From contig CAVOFT010000001.1 in assembly GCA_963695095.1 (NCBI GenBank), positions 2,016,001 to 2,080,000 of the forward strand: a stretch of DNA of 64,000 bases, given 5' to 3'. This stretch comes from an uncultured bacterium. GTDB lineage: Bacteria; Krumholzibacteriota; Krumholzibacteriia; JACNKJ01. This document shows positions 31,093 to 41,105 of this stretch, piece after piece. Within the stretch, counting starts at the first letter, position 1; each line of letters starts with the position of its first letter. The notes under the pieces are model-generated. The model made no database searches, had not been told where the DNA came from, and saw only the letters and a list, made by a program, of their open reading frames with translations. The position numbers and the translations under genes were made by a program.

Positions 31093-32573
31093 CAGGCCTC
31101 GGGCCGCATCATCGGGAAGAGCAGGACCTCGCGGATGTGATGGGAGTCGGTGAGCAGCATCGCCAGGCGGTCGATGCCGATGCCGAGTCCGGCCGTGGGC
31201 GGCATGCCCACCTCGAGGGCGCGCAGGAAGTCCTCGTCGAGCACCTGGGCCTCCTCGTCGCCCTTGGCGCGCAGGCCCATCTGCGACTCGAAGCGCCGGC
31301 GCTGCTCGGCCGGGTCGTTCAGCTCGCTGAAGGCGTTGGCCACTTCGAAGCCGGCGATGAAGGGCTCGAAGCGCTCGACCTGGCCCGGCTTCTCGCGGTG
31401 CTCCTTGGCCAGGGGGCTGATGTCCTGGGGATGGTCGACGATGAAGGTGGGCTGGATGAGGGCCGGCTCCACGAGGCGCGCGGCGAGAGCGTCCAGCAGC
31501 TTGCCGCGGCTCCAGGCGGGGTCCACCGCGGCGCCCTTGGCCGCGGCGAGAGCGGCCAGCTCCGCCGCCGGCGCCTCGCGCAGGTCCCGCCCGGCTGCGT
31601 CGGCGAGGGCGGCATAGTAGTCCAGGCGCGGCCAGGGCGGCGTCAGGTCGATCTTGTGCTCGCCGTAGGCGATCACCGGCCCGCCACACAGCGCGACCGC
31701 GAGTTCGCAGTACAGCGACTCCACGAGCGGCATCAGGTCGTGGTAGTCCCAGTAGGCCGCGTAGGCTTCGAGCATCGTGAACTCGGGGTTGTGCGTGCGG
31801 TCCATGCCCTCGTTGCGAAAGATCTTGCCGATCTCGAAGACGCGCTCCATCCCGCCCACGATGAGCCGCTTCAGGTAGAGTTCGTCGGCGATGCGCAGGT
31901 AGAGCCGGGTGTCCAGCGCATTGTGCTGCGTGACGAAGGGCCGCGCCGTGGCGCCCCCGTAGAGCGGCTGCAGGATGGGCGTCTCCACCTCCAGGAAGCC
32001 GCGCTCGCTGAAGAAGGCCCGGATCAGGCTCAGCATGCGCGAGCGCTGCTCGAAGCGCCGCCGCACTTCCGTGTTCGCGGCGAGATCGAGGTAGCGCTGC
32101 CGCGCCCGCAGCTCTGGATCCGTGAGGCCATGGTACTTCTCGGGCAGAGGAAGCATGGCCTTGGCGAGCAGGGTCCAGCTCTCCACGCGCAGGCTCAGTT
32201 CGCCGGTGCGCGTGACGAAAAGTCGCCCGCGCGCGCCCAGGTGGTCACCCGGCTCGATCAGCTTGACGAACTGCTGGTAGACCTCCTCGCCCAGCTCATC
32301 CTGGCGCAAGAAGAGCTGCAGGCTGCCGCTGCGATCCTCCAGGCGGCCGAAGCTCGTCTTGCCCATCACGCGCTGGCTCATCAGGCGCCCGGCGAGGGCG
32401 AGTTCGCGTCCATCGGCGATCCAGGCCTCGGCATTTGCGATGCAATCAGCCGCCGCGGCGCTGCGCGGATAACCGTAAGGGTAGGGCGCGTGGCCCAATT
32501 CGCGCAAGCGCGTGAGCTTCTGCTCTTTCTCGCGCCGCATGCGCTCGGCCGTGCCGCCCGCGTGCTCCTCCAT
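31092..32573 (-). CDS. lysS: Lysine--tRNA ligase (class II)
   Basis: [46 protein letters not shown]. Confidence 0.97.
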   Translation of the reverse strand: MEEHAGGTAERMRREKEQKLTRLRELGHAPYPYGYPRSAAAADCIANAEAWIADGRELALAGRLMSQRVMGKTSFGRLEDRSGSLQLFLRQDELGEEVYQQFVKLIEPGDHLGARGRLFVTRTGELSLRVESWTLLAKAMLPLPEKYHGLTDPELRARQRYLDLAANTEVRRRFEQRSRMLSLIRAFFSERGFLEVETPILQPLYGGATARPFVTQHNALDTRLYLRIADELYLKRLIVGGMERVFEIGKIFRNEGMDRTHNPEFTMLEAYAAYWDYHDLMPLVESLYCELAVALCGGPVIAYGEHKIDLTPPWPRLDYYAALADAAGRDLREAPAAELAALAAAKGAAVDPAWSRGKLLDALAARLVEPALIQPTFIVDHPQDISPLAKEHREKPGQVERFEPFIAGFEVANAFSELNDPAEQRRRFESQMGLRAKGDEEAQVLDEDFLRALEVGMPPTAGLGIGIDRLAMLLTDSHHIREVLLFPMMRPEA

Positions 32574-32633
32574 GCTGCCTTCTCCTCGTGGCGGCGGCGA
32601 GGCCGCCGTTCGGCTCCGGGCGGCCGGGGCCGC

Positions 32634-33056
32634 CTAGGCCAGGATCTGCTCCCCGCCCGCCGTGGCGCCCTGCACGCGCAGGAGCAGCCGGCGGCGACGG
32701 GGACCGTCGAACTCGCAGAAGTAGATGCCGCCCCAGGCACCCAGCTCGAGGCGTCCGCCCGTGACGAAGAGGGTCGCGCCGCTGCCGCAGAGCACGCTCT
32801 TGATATGCGCCGGGCTGTTGCCCTCGGCGTGGCGGAAGGCGGGATCGGCGGCCACGAGTTTCGCAAGGGCATAGAGCAGGTCGCGCTTCACATCGGGGTC
32901 GGCGTTCTCGTTGATGGCCAAGCCGGCCGTCGTGTGCGGGACGAAGAGGTGGCACAGGCCCTCGGCGAGACCGCTGGCGGCTACGGCCGCCGCGACCCGC
33001 GCCGTGACATCGACGATCTCCTGCCGATCCCGGGTCTCCAGCTCCAGGGTCGTCAC
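32634..33056 (-). CDS. yjbQ: YjbQ (UPF0047) family protein
   Basis: VPHTTAGLAINENADPDV, HAEGNSPAHIKS, EFDGPR. Confidence 0.92.
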   Translation of the reverse strand: MTTLELETRDRQEIVDVTARVAAAVAASGLAEGLCHLFVPHTTAGLAINENADPDVKRDLLYALAKLVAADPAFRHAEGNSPAHIKSVLCGSGATLFVTGGRLELGAWGGIYFCEFDGPRRRRLLLRVQGATAGGEQILA

Positions 33057-34166
33057 GACTCGCCGCCCACGGCCATTCCCGCCGCCTGCTTGAGGTAGGC
33101 TTCGATGAAGCGGTCCAGCTCGCCGTCCATGACGGCCTGCAGGTTGCCGGTCTCGACGCTCGTCCGGTGGTCCTTGACCATCGTGTAGGGATGGAAGACG
33201 TAGCTGCGGATCTGGTTGCCCCAGCCGATCTCCGTCTTGCTGCTCTCGAGTTCCTGCCGCGCGGCTTCCTCCTCCTCGCGGCGCAGCTGGTAGAGCCGCG
33301 CCATCAGGATCTTCATCGCGCTCTCGCGGTTGCGATGCTGGCTGCGCTCGTCCTGGCAACTGACGACGATGCCCGTCGGCAGGTGGGTGAGGCGCACCGC
33401 GCTGCTCGTCTTGTTGACATGCTGGCCGCCGGCTCCGCTCGCGCGGAAGGTGTCGATCTTGAGGTCGCCTTCCTCGATCGCGATCGCGTCGGCCTCCTCG
33501 ACCTCGGGGAAGACGAAGACCGACGCGAAGCTCGTGTGCCGCCGGCTTTGCGCATCGAAGGGACTGATGCGCACCAGGCGATGCACGCCGCGCTCGGCCT
33601 TGAGACGGCCGTAGGCGAAATCGCCCTTCACCTCGAGGGCCACGCTCTTGACCCCCGCCTCCTCGCCCCGCTGCAGGTCGAGCAGATCGAGCTGCCAGCC
33701 CCGCCGCTCTGCATAGCGCGTGTACATGCGCCACAGCATTTCCGCCCAGTCGGCGCTCTCGGTGCCGCCCGCGCCGGGATGGATGGTGAGAATGGCGTTC
33801 TTGTCGTCGTCCTCGCCCTTGAACATGAGCAGCAGCTCGAAATCGTCCAGCCGCTGGCCGAGCTGGGCCAATTCAGCGGCCACCTCGGCCTGGGCGGCCG
33901 CATCGCTCTCCGCATCGGCGAGTTCGTCCAGCACCGCCAGGTCCGCGCCGGCGGCGCCGATCGCCGTCAAGGGCTCCAGCCAGGTCTTGAGCCGCTTGGC
34001 CTGCGCCAGCGCGCGCTTGGCTCCTGCAGGATCATCCCAGAAGCCGGGAGCAGACATGCGCTCGTCGAGCGCGGCCCGCTCCGCGCTCAGGCGCGGGTAG
34101 TCAAAGGCACTCCTTGAGGTGGGCGACCCTAGCCTCGATTGCGGCTATCTCTTGTTTTGCAGTCAT
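33053..34166 (-). CDS. prfB: Peptide chain release factor 2 with programmed +1 frameshift
   Basis: MTAKQEIAAIEARVAHLKECL then CTT TGA C at 34106-34100; GAGGTES, SPF and GGQ motifs. Confidence 0.96.
34100..34115 (-). promoter_or_regulatory. RF2 frameshift cassette
   Basis: Minus strand AAGGAG-TGC-CTT-TGA-C: internal Shine-Dalgarno 3 nt before the slippery CTT TGA. Confidence 0.93.
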
Positions 34167-34308
34167 CGCCTTCTTCTCTCCGATCTCTGTCCAGCGGAAT
34201 TGCCGGCACGGTAGCTCTCAGCCGCCGATCCCGTCAAGTACAGCTACCGCCACCGCCTGCCCTTGGCCGCTTTCCTCCCGCGCCGGCGCACAGGCCCGAG
34301 CTGCCGCT

Positions 34309-34345
34309 CAACAAAACGCCCTGCGACGCATCGCGTCGCAGGGCG
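34309..34345 (-). terminator. Intrinsic terminator after the secreted-protein gene
   Basis: Perfect 13-bp stem CGCCCTGCGACGC/GCGTCGCAGGGCG followed on the minus strand by TTTTGTT. Confidence 0.8.
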
Positions 34346-34416
34346 ATCACTCAGGCCCGATCCGCCACCCCACCTTGGCGAGGATCGGGGGCAGATTGCC
34401 TGCCCACTGCTCGCTG

Positions 34417-35238
34417 CTAGTAGAGAGCCTTGAGCTCGCTCCAGCTGCTATTCGCCACCGCCGTGGTCTCCAGCGTGCCCTGGACGAGGAAAGGCAATCC
34501 CTGCGGGGTGAGGGTGCCCGTATCGGTCAGCGCCGCATAGGTCGCACCAGCGTCGAGAGACTGGAGGGCGTTGCCCGTCGTCGTCTGGCCGTTGATCGTG
34601 ACCGGAGGCGCCCAGGGCCCCGAGCTCAGGTTGCCGGAAGTCATCCAGGCGACCCAGTAGGTGCCCGGGCCGAGCAGAACCGGGGTCATGCTCGTCTGGT
34701 TCGCGAAGATCGCGCGGTCGGTCGCCGCACCCGTGGTCGCCTCGGTCACCCGATAGATGTTGCTCCACGCCGTGCTGGCGAGCCCGTTGCTGGCGATGTT
34801 GCCGCCGACGACGTTGCCCGCCGGGGGCATCGCATCGTAGATCTCGAAGTACACACCGGTGATCGGCGAAGGATTCGTCGGAGCGCCCGTCTGGTACGCG
34901 AAGAACGTGATTCCCATCACATTCCAGACCTCGCCTGCCGGGATCACGAAATCGTCGGCAACGCGGTACTGCAGGGTGTACTGATGGCCGGCACCCAGCG
35001 TGTTCATCCCCAGGCTGAGGTTCTGGAGAACGGACTCGTCAGCCCCCCCCACACCCGTGCCCGGGCTGTTGACCAGCGGGCCGTTGTCGAAGAGAACGTC
35101 CCTGCTACCCAGCCAGGTGTCACCCGGCACCGGTTCGATGTAGCTCCATCCCGCGTCGCTGCTGCTCTCGTCGACCACTGCCAACGCTGGGCAGGCGAAC
35201 AAGGCCGCCAAGACTAGCACTGTCGCAAATAAACGCAT
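34417..35238 (-). CDS. Secreted beta-rich protein with C-terminal 'SSWSELKALY' tail
   Basis: GAGGAGG RBS; signal peptide to ALA; FDNGPLVN...RVADDF domain; terminal amphipathic motif. Confidence 0.85.
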   Translation of the reverse strand: MRLFATVLVLAALFACPALAVVDESSSDAGWSYIEPVPGDTWLGSRDVLFDNGPLVNSPGTGVGGADESVLQNLSLGMNTLGAGHQYTLQYRVADDFVIPAGEVWNVMGITFFAYQTGAPTNPSPITGVYFEIYDAMPPAGNVVGGNIASNGLASTAWSNIYRVTEATTGAATDRAIFANQTSMTPVLLGPGTYWVAWMTSGNLSSGPWAPPVTINGQTTTGNALQSLDAGATYAALTDTGTLTPQGLPFLVQGTLETTAVANSSWSELKALY

Positions 35239-35259
35239 GATCCCCCTCCTCGAAGTTGC

Positions 35260-35401
35260 GGCAGCTGACGTACACTGCCTGAACGGTTATACAGCGTTGA
35301 TCCAGGCCGAGGACCAATAACCATTTTGCAAAGGCGTCCCTGGCCTGTCCCTTCAAGACCTCCCGAAGCTCATATGCTACCACTGCCACATAAACCGTTC
35401 A
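35260..35401 (-). ncRNA. Candidate structured 5' leader RNA
   Basis: Nested complementary segments found by eye (see findings); no known family recognised. Confidence 0.35.
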
Positions 35402-35495
35402 AGATGATAAACGGTACAAGTTTGAAGAATCTGCCGCCCGGGGAGCCCCCCGTCCGCCGGCCGCCTCCGCCCGCCAGCGTCAAGCGGGGGATGGC

Positions 35496-36107
35496 TCAGG
35501 CGAGGAGGGCCGGCATCAGGGCGCGCAAGCGCCGCTCGAGTTCGCCCAGCGAGCAATCCGTGTTGAGCACGCGATCCGCCTGCGCCGTCCAGCGCTCCCA
35601 ATCGCCCTGCGCGCTCAGGCGGCGGGCGATCGCGGCCGCGTCCGCCCCGCTGCGCGCGGCCACGCGCTCGATGAGGCGCTCCTGGGGCGCCCAGGTCAGG
35701 AGCACGCCGTCCACGGCGAAGGGGCGCGCCGTGAGCTGGAACCAGAGCACCACCTCGATCACCAGCAGGCCCTGCCCGCGCGCCCGCCAATCGGCGGCCT
35801 TGTCCGCCAGCTCGGCCAGCACGTAGGGGTGGACCAGCGCCTCGAGCTGCGTGAGCAGGGCCGGCTCGGCGAAGGCACGCGCGGCAATCAGGCCGCGATC
35901 CGGGGCTCCGTCCGGTCCGAAGACGGCCTCGCCGAAGAGTCGGCGCAGGCCGGCGTGCACTTCCTCGTGGCGGGCGAGCACCCGGTGCACGAGGGCATCG
36001 GCGCTGAGTACCGTGGCCCCCCCGTCGGCGAAGAGGCGGCAGACCGTGCTCTTGCCGCTGCCGATGGGTCCGGTGACCACCCAGACGCGACCTGCTAGTG
36101 CCGTCAA
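35496..36107 (-). CDS. coaE: Dephospho-CoA kinase
   Basis: VTGPIGSGKST, LEALVHP, RRLSAQ; TTG start overlapping the polA stop. Confidence 0.92.
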   Translation of the reverse strand: MTALAGRVWVVTGPIGSGKSTVCRLFADGGATVLSADALVHRVLARHEEVHAGLRRLFGEAVFGPDGAPDRGLIAARAFAEPALLTQLEALVHPYVLAELADKAADWRARGQGLLVIEVVLWFQLTARPFAVDGVLLTWAPQERLIERVAARSGADAAAIARRLSAQGDWERWTAQADRVLNTDCSLGELERRLRALMPALLA

Positions 36108-38779
36108 TGCGCCTCCAGCCAGTTGTCGCCGGCCCCCCACTCCACCTTGAGCGGGATCGCCAGATCACCGGCGCGCTCCATGAGCGGGATCACGCCGGCG
36201 GCCAGGGCGTCCAGTTCCGCCGCCGGCGCCTCGAAGAGCAGCTCATCGTGCACCTGGAGCAGCAGGCGCGCGGTGAGGCCGCTCCCGGCCAGCCAGGCGT
36301 GAATGCGCAGCATCGCCAGCTTGATCAGATCGGCGGCGCTGCCCTGGATCGGCGTGTTGATCGCCACGCGCTCGCCGAAGCTGCGCAGCGCGCCATTGGC
36401 GCTGGCCAGCTCGGGCAGGGCCCGCCGGCGGCCCAGGATCGTGCTCACGCTGCCCTCGCTGCGGGCGCGCAGCAGCGTGGCGTCGATCCACTGCCGCACG
36501 CCGGGAAAGGCGGCGAAGTACTCGTCGATGAAGCGCTGGGCCTCTGCCCGCGGCATGCGCAGGCGCTGGGCGAGGCCGTGCGCGCCCATGCCGTAGAGCA
36601 CGCCGAAGTTCACGGTCTTGGCGCGGTCCCGCTCCTCGCGGCTGACTGCTTCTTCGTCCTTGCCCGCCAGCCGCGCCGCGGTCCAGCGGTGGATGTCACG
36701 GCCCGCCGCGAAGGCGGCGCCCAAGGCCTCGTCCCCGCTCAGCGCTGCCAGGATGCGCAGCTCGACCTGGCTGTAGTCGAAGGAGGCCAGCTTCAAGCCG
36801 GGCCCGGGCACGAAGGCGCGCCGGATCTCCTTGCCGAGCTCGCTGCGGATGGGAATGTTCTGCAGATTGGGATCCGAGCTGGAGAGCCGACCCGTGGCGG
36901 CCACCGCCTGGTTGAAGCGCGTGTGCACGCGCCCCGTGCGGGCGAGCACCATCGTCGGCAGGACATCCACGTAGGTGCTCTTCAGCTTCGCCAGCTCGCG
37001 CCATTCGAGCACCCAGCCGGCGATGGGATGCTCGCCGGCCATCTCGCCCAGCACCTGCTCGTCGGTGGAGTAGCCCGTTTTCGTGCGGCGCCCGGTCGGC
37101 AGCTTCAGCTCCTCGAAGAGCACGGCGGCGAGCTGCTTGGGGCTGCCGATGGCGAAGCTCCTGCCCGCTGCGGCGTGGATCTTCGCCTCCAGCGCCGCGC
37201 GCTCGGCCTCCATCCGCTCCCCCAGGGCCGCCAGGTGCTCCTGATCGAGGCCGATGCCGGCCTCCTCCATGGCGGCCAGCACGGGCACCAAGGGCATCTC
37301 CAGCTCGCGGAAGAGCGATTCGACGCCGGCCTCCGCCAGGGCCGGCCGCAGCTTCTCGGCCAGGCGCAGCGTGTAGTCGGCATCCTCGGCGGCGTAGTGG
37401 GTGAGCTTGTCCACCGCTACCTGGGTGATGTCCCGTGCCTTGTCCCCGGGGGCGAAGAGGGCCGCGTAGGGCATCATCACATGGCCCAGCAGCTCCAGGG
37501 CGAGCGCGTCCAGGCCATGGCTGCGCCGGCCGGGATCCACGCAGTAGCTCGCCAGCATGGTATCGAAGCTGGGGCCGGCGATCGGCAGACCGTGCCGAGC
37601 CAGGACCTGGGCGTCGAACTTGAGGTTCTGCGCGATCTTCTCGACCTGCTCCGAGGCCAGCGCCGGGGCGAGCGCCGCTTGCAGGGCCGCCAGCGGCAAG
37701 CCCGCCGTCTGCGCGCGCCCGGCCACGGGCAGATACCAGGCTTCGCCTGCGCAGAGCGCCAGGCTGATGCCCACCAGATCGGCGGCCAGGGGATCCAGGC
37801 CCGTCGTCTCCGTGTCGACGGCGAAGCGCGCCGCCTTCGCCAGGCGCGCCCCCAATCCGGTCAGGGCCTCGCCGTCCTCGATGCAGCGATAGGCGACGGG
37901 CGCCTCCGCCTCGCCCGAACCGAGGAACTCGGCGATCAGGCTCTGGAAGCCGCGCTCCATGAGCCAGGCCTGCGCCGCGGCCCGGTCGGGCGCGCGGGGC
38001 CGCCAGGCCGCGCTCGGCGCGGGCAAGGGCAGATCCTCCACGAGACCGATCAGCTCCCGCGCCAGGAAAGCCTGCTCCCTGCCCGCTTCCAGCTTGCGGC
38101 GCAGCGCCGCGGCATCCAGATCCGCGAGGCGCGCGTAGAGGCTGTCCAGCGAATCGAACTCGGCGAGCAGCTTGGCGCTGCCCTTGGGACCGAGTCCCGG
38201 TACGCCGGGCACGTTGTCGGCGTCGTCGCCGGTGAGGCTGAGGTAGTCGCGCAACCGGCTCGGCGGCACGCCGAACTCCTCCTCCACCTCGCGCGGGCCC
38301 AGCTCGCGCGCGGGCTTGGCGCCTGCGGCCGGGCGCAGCACGCGGATCTGTTCATCGACGAGCTGGCAGAGATCCTTGTCCGCCGAGGCGATGAGAACCT
38401 GCCAGCCGGCGGCCGCGGCCTGGCGCGCGGCGCTGGCGATGAGGTCGTCGGCCTCGAAGCCGGGCCGCGCCTCGTGCGCGATGCCGGCCAGGGGGAGGAA
38501 CTCCTGGAGCCGCTCGACGCTGGCCTTGAGTTCCGGTGGCGTCGCCGCTCGCTTCGCCTTGTAGGCCGGATAGCGCCGGTGGCGGAAGCTGCCGCCCACC
38601 GGATCGAAGGCGACGAAAATGGCGTCCGGCTGCCGCTCGCGACGCAGGGCGAGCAGGGTGCGCAGGAAGCCGAACTCCGCGCTCGTGTTCTCGCCGGCGC
38701 TGTTGGTCAGCGGGCTGCGAATCATGGCGAAGTAGCTGCGAAAGGCCAGCGCATGGCCATCGATCAAGAGCAGCTTCAT
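36104..38779 (-). CDS. polA: DNA polymerase I
   Basis: LLLIDGH 5'-3' exonuclease, DTETTGLD proofreading domain, TGRLSSSDPNLQNIP, DYSQVELR, QVHDEL. Confidence 0.97.
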   Translation of the reverse strand: MKLLLIDGHALAFRSYFAMIRSPLTNSAGENTSAEFGFLRTLLALRRERQPDAIFVAFDPVGGSFRHRRYPAYKAKRAATPPELKASVERLQEFLPLAGIAHEARPGFEADDLIASAARQAAAAGWQVLIASADKDLCQLVDEQIRVLRPAAGAKPARELGPREVEEEFGVPPSRLRDYLSLTGDDADNVPGVPGLGPKGSAKLLAEFDSLDSLYARLADLDAAALRRKLEAGREQAFLARELIGLVEDLPLPAPSAAWRPRAPDRAAAQAWLMERGFQSLIAEFLGSGEAEAPVAYRCIEDGEALTGLGARLAKAARFAVDTETTGLDPLAADLVGISLALCAGEAWYLPVAGRAQTAGLPLAALQAALAPALASEQVEKIAQNLKFDAQVLARHGLPIAGPSFDTMLASYCVDPGRRSHGLDALALELLGHVMMPYAALFAPGDKARDITQVAVDKLTHYAAEDADYTLRLAEKLRPALAEAGVESLFRELEMPLVPVLAAMEEAGIGLDQEHLAALGERMEAERAALEAKIHAAAGRSFAIGSPKQLAAVLFEELKLPTGRRTKTGYSTDEQVLGEMAGEHPIAGWVLEWRELAKLKSTYVDVLPTMVLARTGRVHTRFNQAVAATGRLSSSDPNLQNIPIRSELGKEIRRAFVPGPGLKLASFDYSQVELRILAALSGDEALGAAFAAGRDIHRWTAARLAGKDEEAVSREERDRAKTVNFGVLYGMGAHGLAQRLRMPRAEAQRFIDEYFAAFPGVRQWIDATLLRARSEGSVSTILGRRRALPELASANGALRSFGERVAINTPIQGSAADLIKLAMLRIHAWLAGSGLTARLLLQVHDELLFEAPAAELDALAAGVIPLMERAGDLAIPLKVEWGAGDNWLEAH

Positions 38780-39378
38780 GGTGACTCCTCGCGCCCGGCG
38801 CCGCCCGCCCCGTAGAGCCCCGCCCGCAGGATGTAGGCCGCCACCGCCGGCGGCAACCAGGGCGTGGGCCGCCCGGCGGCCAGGCAGGCGCGGATGACGC
38901 GGCTCTGGGCCGGATGCAGCGCGCCCGTGGCGAGACGATGCGGCCAGGGCGCGGCGCCGGACGCCCGCCCCGCGCGGGCGAGGACGAGCAGCTCGATCTC
39001 GGCGCAGAGCGCCGCCGGTTCGTGCCAGCTCCCGAGTTCGACCAGGGAATCGGCGCCCAGGATGAGCGAGAACTGCAGAGCCCCGCCGTGCCTTGCCTTG
39101 AGCGCGCGCACGGTGTCCAGCGTGTAGCTGGCGCCGCCGCGGGCAGCTTCGCTCTCGTCCACCCGCAGCCAGGGCTCGGCCGCCGCCAGGAGCCGCGCCA
39201 TCGCAGCCCGATCGGGGTAGGGCGCGATCACCGCCTTGTGGGGCGGCTGAAAGGCTGGCAACAGCCAGACGGCGTCGAGCTGCCAGTGCCGGCGGGCTTC
39301 CCGGGCCATCCACAGGTGGCCCAGATGGGGTGGATCGAAGCTGCCCCCGAGCAGACCTACACGCTCGGGGACGGCCAT
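38776..39378 (-). CDS. nadD: Nicotinate-nucleotide adenylyltransferase
   Basis: GGSFDPPHLGH, PPHK, SYTLDT, ILGADS. Confidence 0.92.
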   Translation of the reverse strand: MAVPERVGLLGGSFDPPHLGHLWMAREARRHWQLDAVWLLPAFQPPHKAVIAPYPDRAAMARLLAAAEPWLRVDESEAARGGASYTLDTVRALKARHGGALQFSLILGADSLVELGSWHEPAALCAEIELLVLARAGRASGAAPWPHRLATGALHPAQSRVIRACLAAGRPTPWLPPAVAAYILRAGLYGAGGAGREESP

Positions 39379-39381
39379 CGC

Positions 39382-40125
39382 TCAGTTCGCGAGCAGGGCC
39401 CGCGCGCGCCGGGCGAGTTCGCTGTCCGGCCGCAGCGCTGCCGCCCGCGTCGCCAGGCGCTCGGCTTCTGCCCGGTCGCCTGTCTTGAGTTGAAGCGCGA
39501 TCAATTCCAGCAGCCCGGACTCCGCCTGAGCGCTCTCCGGCTGTTCGCGCAAGAGCTTCTCGTAGTAGAGCACCGCCGCCTGCGGCCGCTTCATGCGCTG
39601 GTACAGACGCGCGATACTCAGGCTCTTCTCGGCCAGCTTCTCCTGCATCGCGGCGCGGGCGCTCGCGGCCCAGGGCGCCTGCGGACTCGTCGGGAAGTCC
39701 AGCAGGAAGTCGTCGAGCACCTGGATGGCCTTCAGCGTCGGCGTGGCGTCCCGGTCGTAGGGCGGCGACTGCTTCACCCAGCAGAGCGCCTCGTAGAAGG
39801 CCGCCGCCGCCAGGGAGTCGCTGCGCGGATAGTCCCGCTGGAAGATCTCGAACTCCACGGCCGCCGTGGGATAGTCGCCGTTCTCGAGGTAGGCACGCCC
39901 CAACATGAAGTGGGCCAGCATCGCTTCGGCGCCGAGACCGCTATCCTCCAGGTAGAGCTGGTAGTCCTGGATGGCTGCCGACCAGTCGCGCCGCGCGAAG
40001 GAGCGGTCGGCGCGCTCCTTGCGGCTCAGCCCGCGGCTCGATGAACAGCCGAGAACGGACACGAGGGCGAGGGCCGCGAGGGCCATCAGCGCTATCGCTG
40101 CCGTACGCCGGGGGATCGCCCTCAC
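39382..40125 (-). CDS. bamD: Outer membrane protein assembly factor BamD
   Basis: Lipobox VLGC, TPR repeats, SPPYDRDATPT, KLAEKSLSIARLY. Confidence 0.85.
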   Translation of the reverse strand: MRAIPRRTAAIALMALAALALVSVLGCSSSRGLSRKERADRSFARRDWSAAIQDYQLYLEDSGLGAEAMLAHFMLGRAYLENGDYPTAAVEFEIFQRDYPRSDSLAAAAFYEALCWVKQSPPYDRDATPTLKAIQVLDDFLLDFPTSPQAPWAASARAAMQEKLAEKSLSIARLYQRMKRPQAAVLYYEKLLREQPESAQAESGLLELIALQLKTGDRAEAERLATRAAALRPDSELARRARALLAN

Positions 40126-41105
40126 CGCAATCTCGCCTTCTCGAGCGTGGCCAGCCGCTCGATTGCCGAATCGTAGACCCTGCCGGTCTGGGTGCTGCTC
40201 TCGTTGATGACCCGCCGATAGCAGGCCAGCGCCTCTTCGTAGTTGCGCAGGTTCTCGTACGCCGCTCCCAGCTCGAGGAGCGCCTCCGCCGTGAGGGGCG
40301 GGTTCTCCCGGAAGCGGAGCACCTTGCGAAGATAGCCCAGGGCCCCGTCGTAGTCCATGCGCGAGTTTGCGGCACGCGCCTCGCCGATGAGCAACTCCTG
40401 GTAGAGCCAGATCGCCTCGTGCCGCTGCCGGTGGCGGGGCTCACGGCGCAGCCAGGGCTCGAGCAGGTCAAGCGCCTCCTGATCCCGAGCCAGCTTGTGG
40501 AGACTGACGGCGTAGGGATACAGGGCATCCACGGCGGCGCTGCTGTCGGGCGCCGCGGCGAGCGCCTGGCCATAGAGGGCCGCCGCGCGGGGCCAATCGC
40601 GTTCCGCCTGCGCGCGCTCCGCCATGAAGTAGGCGTAGGGCCCGAGCTCGAGCCGCGGCGCGAAGGAAAGGGCAATGGCCCATCGCCGCGCAGCGCGGCT
40701 CTCCTGCTTCGCCGCGAAATCCTCGCGCGCCCGCTGGTGGTAGAGGAGGGCCACGGCCTCGGCCGCGGCCGGTTCGACGGTGGTCAAGGTGCGGAAGTAG
40801 CTCTCCGCCTCCCCGTCGCGATCCAGGGCGAGCAGGCTCGTCGCCACGAGCCTCAAGGCCGCCGGGTGCTCCGGCTCGCGCAGCAGGACATAGAGCCCCT
40901 CGAGCTGGGCCTCCTCGAAGCGGCCGGCCACGAAGTGGGTCTCGCCCCGCTCCAGGTGCGCCTCGATCTTGTCGCCGCCGCAGCCGAGAGCGCTCAGGAG
41001 CCAGAGTGCCGGCACGAGCAGAAGCAAACGCCGGCCCGCCGCTGCCAAGCGGCCGGCGCGGCGCTGCGGCAGCCACGCGCAGGAGAGGGCGTGGGCGGGC
41101 ATCAA
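40122..41105 (-). CDS. TPR-repeat protein, probably a lipoprotein
   Basis: Hydrophobic segment ending ALGC; several TPR-like helices (ALLELGAAYENLRNYEEALACY). Confidence 0.75.
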   Translation of the reverse strand: MMPAHALSCAWLPQRRAGRLAAAGRRLLLLVPALWLLSALGCGGDKIEAHLERGETHFVAGRFEEAQLEGLYVLLREPEHPAALRLVATSLLALDRDGEAESYFRTLTTVEPAAAEAVALLYHQRAREDFAAKQESRAARRWAIALSFAPRLELGPYAYFMAERAQAERDWPRAAALYGQALAAAPDSSAAVDALYPYAVSLHKLARDQEALDLLEPWLRREPRHRQRHEAIWLYQELLIGEARAANSRMDYDGALGYLRKVLRFRENPPLTAEALLELGAAYENLRNYEEALACYRRVINESSTQTGRVYDSAIERLATLEKARLR

